Of a stretch of 64,000 nucleotides of DNA, positions 55,611 through 64,000 are shown in pieces. A program made the position numbers and the translations under genes. The notes below the pieces were generated by a model. It was not told the DNA's origin, did no database searches, and saw only the letters and a list, made by a program, of their open reading frames with translations. Where the stretch lies: assembly GCA_905331295.1 (NCBI GenBank), contig CAJNYD010000065.1, forward strand, positions 62,001-126,000, written 5' to 3'. Position 1 is the stretch's first letter. The number at the start of each line of letters is the position of its first letter. The stretch is from Rotaria socialis. Its lineage: Eukaryota.

Positions 55611-58283
55611 ATGCAACGGTACGAATCAAAAGGAAGTATCACATCAGTGACCTCATCGTCTCGAGGTGGTGAAAAAAAAATTCCACCAACACATATGATT
55701 GTTCAACGTGACAATGATAATCAATTGGTTTTATTGCCGTTAACTCATCTGGTTAATGGTTCAGTAACACGCATTAAAGTGAATAGTACTGTAACATTCA
55801 AGAGTGATCTTACCAACAGAAAACAAGAACGAGGAAGAGTGATAATACTAGGTGAGGATTCTATACATTCGAACATTTTTACATTGTTCTTGTTTTCTAG
55901 GAAGCAAAGAAGCATGTATGGAACAGTTGCAGGTATTTGAAATGGTAGCTGATATTGGCTCACAAAATATTATTGATAATGACAATGGTAAAGTAAATAA
56001 AAATCAAGAACATGAAAAAAACAAGAAAAGTAATAGTAAGTGTAAAAACCATAATGCCAATGAAGCCATGCAGCATTTTAGAATAATCAACACATATATA
56101 ATAATGTAAAATAATTTCTTTTTCTCCGTTACTAGGATAAGAAAATGTTCGTAAAAATGTCCCAGTATAAAATACTAAAGCTTTTAGCTCTATTTAAAAA
56201 AATTAATATTTTCAGATGTCAAAATTTTTAATTAGCAATTTAATATAACTCATTTATTGTAATAGTCGACATTGTTGTTGGCAGATGCTGGTCAAAAACA
56301 ATCGAATTATAAGCTCTCTACTGTAAACTGATAAAACTAGCATGAACCGAGAAAAAGTCGTTTCTAAAACAGAACTATATCCTACAACGAAATTAGTGAT
56401 TCATTAACTACCTCAAAATAAATAATTTACTATATTTTTTTCGGTTTTCAAAATTATGTGGACTTTGCATGGTTTATTTTAAGGTTTTGAATGAAATCTC
56501 TTTTTGGTATTTAGAAAAACAATTTGCAAATTCATTTGATGGATACAAACACGTCAGTAGTGGTTTAGTTGCAAAGCCTTCAACTAGTTCGATCAAGCAA
56601 GTAACAAATATTGTAAAAGAAAAGCATAACATCAAGTCAAAGCATTTATCACTCGACGACGACAGTAAGAAATTTTTTATATTAAATAAAGAAATTGATT
56701 GATCAAACTTGTTTAATAGTGAACGGCCTAAGTAGTAATGAAGACGAAGAGGTCTGTGTTTCATCCAATGATTCATCAACCAATAACATACTATCAAATG
56801 AATTAGTTAGCAATTCGGCAACAGTCGTGCCTAAAACAAAAATAACAAATTCATCTACAAATGGTAACTATATCTAAATTTTGATATAATAACATTTTTA
56901 CCTATTCTCATAGATGTGCACATTGATTATCAAGATGAACCTACAAGATCTACAAAAAGTAAAATAATTATAAGTTCTCAATCTCGAAATAACAAGAATA
57001 GTTCCGAAAGCAACACAACAACTCTCGATTCCTCGAAATTCGGTTAGCATAAGTTCATAGTACATGATGTTAACTTACATCGCTTGTTTGCTTTATAGAA
57101 CAAGAAGAACAAGTACAAGATATGAACGATGCCGACATAGTTTGTCGATACGAGTTCTTATCCAAAAAATGTAATAAGTTATCAAAAGAAAATGCTGAAT
57201 TACAACTTGAATGTGATCGTTTGACAACAGAAAATCAAGTTTTGAAACGAACAACAATGCGTGAGTATATTAATTATGTTGTCTCTAAAATTATTTTTGA
57301 AAGTTTAGCATTTTAAAGTTTTAAATAATACTCAATCATTTTTTTTATAAATTCTTCCGATTGAAGAGCAATAAATGATGTCCTAATTAATATTTTTAAT
57401 CTATTTCCTGTAAGATACGAACAAAACATAGCCAATAATAATCAAAAATTAGTCATAAACATTACATTACATACGCAGCATAGTAGAATAAATTACAGAA
57501 GAATTTTCGAAAGACATCGAGAAGAGATTTATTTTATTAAGTTACTTTCATGTACCATGTACATTAATCCTATATTTAGAAAAAGAAGCTTCTATCAAAT
57601 ATGTACTGGTGAAGTGCACGTTAGGTGAACTAAAAGGGGAATATCTTAAAACTATTAACAATGTATACAATATTTTATTGATAAAATCAACAACAAGAAA
57701 ATCTTTTTTTTAGCAATACCAGATGCTGCTGGTCGTCAATGGATTATTAATATGGGACAATTCTTCTCGAGAAAGGTACCTGGTTCAAACATTGCGAAAT
57801 ATGCAACTGCATTGGGTATAGATGATCCACGAGATCTAATTGCCTGCATAGAAGATACGACATCTAATACAACTCGTCAAGTCATTCGATTGTTATACTC
57901 ATCCGACAAGTTATTAACTATGAGTGGGACCGAAGTACCTCAATCACGACGATCAGCCATTAGAGGTAATCAGGTCCTTATTTAATGAGAACAAATGAAT
58001 ATAACAATTTTTTATTCGAGTAGCATTTGCTGAATCTCAAAAAGGTCCGATTTCAAAGCATAAATTTAACGAAGCTATTAATGGTGTCTTTCGATCGAAA
58101 AAAAATGAGTTCAAGAATCAACAATCTGGAAATTCCAATAAATCAAATAAAAAAAGTGTTTGTCTGAATACAGGAGAAAAAACTTCGAAACAAGTTTTAA
58201 ATAAAAATCAACAACTGCAATCAGGTGATCCAACTTCCGACAAAGAAAATACGAACGTTCGAAATAATCACGAAGATAATTAA
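55611..58283 (+). CDS. Transposon accessory protein (~490 aa) with a coiled coil and a putative C-terminal BEN-like domain; exons 55611-55851, 55901-56035, 56515-56664, 56720-56863, 56914-57042, 57099-57260, 57714-57965, 58024-58283
   Basis: Seven phase-1 GT-AG introns give a 1473-nt ORF with no internal stop. Heptad pattern LSKKCNKLSKENAELQLECDRLTTENQVL. Helical C-terminal domain TTRQVIRLLYSSDKLLTMSG..RSAIRAFAE..FNEAINGVFRSKK. Confidence 0.72.
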
Positions 58284-58406
58284 TGACAATTGAATTTTCT
58301 GATGTTCTATCTCTTAGCTGCGTCTGTAGTTCTCGAACATCTATAAATAATAAAAAATTATATTTAGATTAGCGTTACTGATTATCTTTAAAAGATAATG
58401 TTTTAG

Positions 58407-61400
58407 ATGTTTTCAAGAGCTACCTTATGGCGTCGTAAAAAGCGACTTAAAGAAATTCTTAGTCAGAGATTAGCAAATACTGTGTCAACATTTGATGAAA
58501 AGTATATGTTGGTTTTACTAATTCATTTTAAAATCATGCTTTTTGTGATTAAGCTTTCTTGGCTCAACATCACCAGACTTCTTTCACGATACTAACCTAG
58601 AAACTTCATCAGATGAAGCAAACTCGTTTAATCATATCGAAAGTCAATCTCATTTTTCTATGTCTAGCTATCACTACAATATGCCAAAAATTGACGATGA
58701 ATTAGATGATGGATCGGATTTCTACGATGAAAAAATGTGGCTTGAAGAAAACGTGACCGATACTGATCTGTGGAAAAATGTAGAATTCGAACCAGCATAT
58801 CCTGTTTTAGAGAATGAATTTTTATTCAACGAAATTAGTCAGTTAGTCTAGATAAAATATTGATTTTTTTCTTCATCCTATTACCAGACTTTTTTTTATA
58901 CAAATAGGAAACCGGCGGAAAAAGATATTGCTGCAGCTCTCGTTTTATTGAAGGTAAAGTGAATTGTCAGAAAAAAAGTCAAGTGAGATTTGTATTAGTC
59001 ATAACTAAAACAGCATGATAATCTATCAAAGTCGCTAACAGTAGAGGAAAAGGAAAATGAAAATTCAGTATCACTTTCAATGATACGCATGATTTTTTTC
59101 TAAAAACTTCAAACCAAAAGCCAAATTATTTTCAAAAGAGATAGAGGATATAATCGTTACATTATTAGATTGTTTCAATAATGAGATCAAATGTTGTTTT
59201 GGTCATATTTCCCTGCAAAAAATATACCGTTATCAATATGCGAATAAATCAAGATAAAACTATTTTGTTAACCACTGAACCAAAGAATGTGTTATTTATA
59301 TTTAATAACATACTTAGCTTTAAAGTTGTTTTAATTTTGCTAGTTATAACTCCATATAAAAACAACAATTAGTAATGCTCCGGTTTGAGTTTTAAATTCA
59401 ATAGATTTATATGACTAGTTATGAGTTATACTTTTTGACTCATGAAAAATGTAGCTAGCTTGACTAGCCTAAAAAATAAGATAATTTGATTTAGTTTTCT
59501 TGAACTTTCATGTGATTATCACTAGAATCAATTTGTTGTACTATGTATCGTATGATAATAGTCATTTTCGTTTATATAATAGCTCCGTCATCGAATTTCA
59601 AACAAGGGAATCAATGATTTATGCAAATTATTGAAAATTATGAAAACACCAAACACTCCGGCCAATTTTTCTCGTGTGAAACGACTTTTTCTACCAAATT
59701 CTTCTCCAACACCTTCTTCATTAATCACTTATATATGTTCAATTTGCTGCGAAATTTCAACATCATCACATAATTGCAACAATGTAAATTGCAATCAACA
59801 TTCATGTTTTCATACAGCTCCACTGAATTATTTACGATTACCAATACTTCCACAATTAAGAGAAATTCTCGCTCATGCAAAAGAATTAAATTTTCAACAA
59901 CAGCGAGAATTCTCTCCGGATATTGAAATGATGAATGATATATATGATGGAGAAAAATATCAGAATATAATTAAAAATGAAAAAGGACAAAAGTTTTTAA
60001 CTCTTATAATGAATACAGATGGTATTCAATTAGCTAAAAATTCTAATTCATCTCTTTGGATTTTCACTTTTGTAATCAATGAAATTAAAAGAAGCGAACG
60101 TTTTAAATTAAAAAATATAATAGTAGGTGCCATTGTATCAAGCGCATCAAAACCTAGTCGTCATCAGATGCGGACGATTCTTTCACCAATAGTTGAAGAG
60201 TTGCTTGTATTGGAACAAGGTGAAGCTTTTGAAGTGAAAAGTTTGGGTGATAACTCATTCATACATCTCAAGACTTTTCTGATTGCATCGTGCTGCGACA
60301 AGCCAGCACAAAGCTTAGTACAAGGCATCAGTGAACCAACAGGAGCTTTTGGCTGTGGAAGATGCGAATTGAAAGGCAAATATTTTTCACCATCTTTCAC
60401 AATAATATTTTAATAATAAATATTATTGTTTTTCTAGGTATAACGGTAGTCATCAAACCGAAATCAAAGAAAAAAATTCGAGTTTTTCCTCTTGTTTCTG
60501 CTCACCAACAACAACCTCGTTTACGTACAAATGAAACTTACGATATATTTATGAATACTTACGAGAAAGAACGTTTCACAAACAATAATGAACTTCGCGA
60601 TCGATTACGTGGTCATATAGGCCCTTGTGCTCTTCGCAGTCTTACTTATTTCGACGTTGGAACCAGTTTTTTATCTGATTCGTTGCATAACATATATCAT
60701 GGTGTAATGGTAAGCAGTTCTTCAAAAATATTTTTATGATATAAACAAAAAAAGCTGATCATTTTTCTTTCAGAAGAATCCACTAAAAATTAATAAAATC
60801 TGAACTATATTTTGTTTTCTGTGTGTTTTACCGGTAGAATCAACAAAAACTAAAATAATAAATTTGAGTTATTTGTGAAGATAAAATATCCCATTAGTAA
60901 ATGAGTTTATATGCTTCTTCTGATGAAAAATTATTTTATAAAATAAATAGTAATTAATTCAGAGCAAATGATTAAACTTTCTTTCCAAAATGAGACCATG
61001 TCACAATGTTTAGAGACAATGTTTTTCAATCATGATCATATAAACAATCGATTTGGTGATTTTTCTTTACTAGATTATAAACATATGCTACATTCTCTCA
61101 ATGTAACTTTCAAAATATTACATCATACTGTAACAAAATTCATTTGATACAAATAGTATGAATGCTTGATAAAAGAATATTTTATAAATGAACATGTGTA
61201 TATACGTATCTCAAATTTCATCTAAATTATGTTTATGTACATAAATCAGTTTCAGGTGACTTCTCTTCATGTATCGTTTAGATTTCAATATCATTCGTCA
61301 CAAAAGTTACTTGATGACTCGACTAAATAATAAAATATTTTTGTTCTTACCATTGTATTAATTTTCTATTCAGATCAGAAAATTGCTTTTAATAATACGA

Positions 61401-62920
61401 TTTCTCTGTTATGACTAGCTACAAACTATTTAGAAATGATCATCTTCATGAAGTATTCTTTATTGTATTTATGGAACTTTTCTCTTATTGTTTTGAAATA
61501 TTGCTAACAAAAATTAATGAAGGCTTGTCTCGAATATATCTTGCATCTGTGAGCTAATATCTTCCAAACGATATCTAAAATTGAAAAATATTAAAAAATT
61601 CGATAAATTTCACTTGTTTCTTTGCTTTTTGTCTACTGAAACAGAAGAAAAACTAAGTTTCTATTCTATTTTTATCAATCGCAGAGTAGAAGTGTCGTGC
61701 TGAAAACATATATATATATTTTATTTTACTATTTAGAAACGACTGCTTCATCTTTGGTTTGACAAAAAACATCAGAAGCAAGCTTGGAGTATTCGTTCAA
61801 AGTTAAAAATAGTTGATCATTATCTTTCTTCAATAAAATATCCATCAACATCAACGCGTATACCTCGATGTATAGCAAAATATGAAAAATACAAAGCTAA
61901 TGAAGCTCGAAGCATTTTATTATTTGGCTTTTCTGCTTTTTGTATTGTTTTACCACTCAAATATGCAAGACATTTTCTTATGCTTGTCGTGGGAGTACAT
62001 ATAGCTGAATCTCGTACTATTCGTCGCACTCAAATAGAGGATATCCGTCTGATACTCAATCGTTTTTTACAGCAATTTCCAATTCTTTATTCACCCAGAA
62101 ATAATTCTCAATCTGTACATAGTATACATCATGTAGCTGCATCTGTTTTAGAATATGGCTCATTGAGCAATTATTCCACCTTTAACTTTGAAAATATTCT
62201 AGGTACAGCTGATCATTAAATTATCCACTATTTTATTTTATATCTTACGATATCATTTTTTTTATTTACTCAGGTTTAATTACTTCCACCGTTCATTCTA
62301 CTCGTCGACATGCGTGCGAAATTCACAACAACTTGAAACTACTTCGCTTGGCTTTAATTGAATTTGATCGTCCTTCATTTAACAACAATTTAAAACATTT
62401 TATTAACAGCTGCCAGTCGACTAAACGTCCTGTTGTATCATTCTTAATGAATGAAAATCAAATGGTTCATTTTCGACAGGAAGACGTTAACAAAGCCACG
62501 CTCAGCGAACTTCAACATCTACTTCGTCAACAGGATATTAAATTGTTTAAAATTTGCTATATTTTTACAAATCGTTTCACTATCATCCGATATCGCTCTT
62601 CAGGTCAAAAGGATGATAGTTGTTTATTGTTCTTACTTGGTGGTCAACCATGTATTGGATTTATACAGAATATCATTCAAGTTCGTCGTGTTGAATTACT
62701 TTTACGTATTTGCAAAGTAAGCGTAAAAGATCAATTGTGTCTTAATTTTAACAACACAAAATTATCTTGCCCGAACATCTTCTATGGAGATATCGATATG
62801 CACAATAGCAACGTTTTCATAAAAGCTGAGGCCATCATCGAAAAGATTATATATGTGTACAATAAACAGTTGAAATGTTATGTATTTTCACGTATACCTA
62901 ATCTTTGTGAATCCTCATGA
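58407..62920 (+). CDS. EnSpm/CACTA-type DDE transposase (~868 aa); exons 58407-58501, 58554-58841, 58908-58953, 59583-60375, 60438-60709, 61737-62202, 62274-62920
   Basis: Motifs DIYDG, LIMNTDG..SLW..INEI, CDKPAQ, GCGRC, DSLHNIYHGV, KANEAR, HSIHH and YGSL..STFNFENILG are typical of animal EnSpm transposases. The 2607-nt spliced ORF has no internal stop. Confidence 0.88.
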
Positions 62921-63604
62921 ATACACTTTATCTATTTGCTTTATCTAATAAAATACAAAACATAATCAACCATCAGTTTCCACAAATTGAATATCTCCCG
63001 GTGTCATTCATTGTAAAAATAATGCTCATAATAATTTTTCTGCTAAGAAACATTATATTGCCATCGTTGTTTTTTATTTCAATGATTTTCATGCTATATT
63101 TTTATATTCTTAATAATTAACATTCGTTTTATTTGCATTACATTCTTCGATTTGTTTCTTAGCTTAAACATTTACGGATATAATTCATCGATAGCGATTG
63201 TTCCTGATCTTATTTATATGAAAACTAGGATAAAACAATCGAAATTCTTCAATATCTCTACAATAGTGATAGACAAATAAATGTATTTTTGGAGCAGAGA
63301 GTTGGCCAACTGTAGATCCAGAAAATTTAGCTATGTCAATGAGATCGACAATTGATTTAGACAGCTCTTCTAATTAGAAACTTTGATAAAATGAAACATA
63401 ATTTTTTACTTTCAAAAATATTGTTTCCCAGAAAAATTGAGAAAACAATACTATCAATTTAATTCAAGCGAATTTTTACCACATATGATAATTTAAGTTT
63501 TGATTTGAGAATAGATCCATCAGTTGATTTAATGAAATTACGATCATTAAAGAGAATTTCTGTCTTTTAGAGAGTAAATTGAAAAGCCTACATTCCTGAA
63601 TATT

Positions 63605-63912
63605 AAATGCATCTGGACGAAGTCATTGGTCAAAACGCATTCAACTGCATTTTTAACTGAAAAAGTTTCAAACGCGTTACTGTTTGAGATGCGTCTGAAA
63701 GAAATCATTTGTCAAAACGCGTCTAGATGCGTTTTTAACCAAAAAAGACTCATACGCGTTATTAATTTAGATGCATCTGGACGCGGTCACTAATTTAAAC
63801 GCATCGAGACGCATCCATGGAACGCATTTGGACGCGTTTCAACACTGACTTTGAACAAAAACGCATCTCAACGCGTCTATAAACGCGTTCACATGCATCT
63901 GGTCTGCGTTTC
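63605..63912. repeat. Right subterminal array of ACGCGT/ATGCAT-type palindromes
   Basis: About 6 ACGCGT by eye, plus several ATGCAT, ACGCAT and ATGCGT, in ~310 bp before the TIR. Confidence 0.9.
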
Positions 63913-64000
63913 TGTTTCACATGGGTATTGTGCGGCACTGTTTATTTTGAGCGTCAAATATAAAACACGCTTGGGTCCACAGATTTGCATGACAGAATTT

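Larger units (their letters stand above)
54197..63925 (+). mobile_element. Apparently full-length autonomous CACTA/EnSpm (CMC superfamily) DNA transposon, ~9.7 kb
   Basis: TIR CCCATGTGAAA at 54197 and TTTCACATGGG ending at 63925. Dense subterminal palindromic repeats at both ends. Internal EnSpm-type transposase plus an accessory gene. Confidence 0.9.

Overview
This is AT-rich eukaryotic genomic DNA with many 50-65 nt GT-AG introns. The intron style, divergent nuclear receptor and MITE types suggest a small invertebrate, most likely a bdelloid rotifer (inference only). The first ~52 kb hold spliced host genes: eIF2B-epsilon, MRPL2, a torsin-like AAA+ protein, the eEF1A 3' end (cut by a 100-N gap), a septin-7-like gene, ACSL3/4, WDR75/UTP17, ATP synthase subunit b, an orphan gene, MRPL39, an RNF217-like RBR ligase that appears pseudogenised, a nuclear receptor, and the 3' end of a RhoGAP gene. 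Several non-autonomous DNA transposons lie between them. The most notable feature is an apparently intact ~9.7 kb CACTA/EnSpm-type transposon (54197-63925) starting 24 nt upstream of a RhoGAP splice acceptor. It has CCCATGTGAAA terminal inverted repeats (TIRs), subterminal ACGCGT/ATGCAT palindrome arrays, an 8-exon coiled-coil plus BEN-like accessory gene, and a 7-exon ~868 aa transposase 123 nt downstream in an operon-like layout. Exon models were built by hand from splice signals and reading frame, and family assignments rest on motif recognition; no searches were run.
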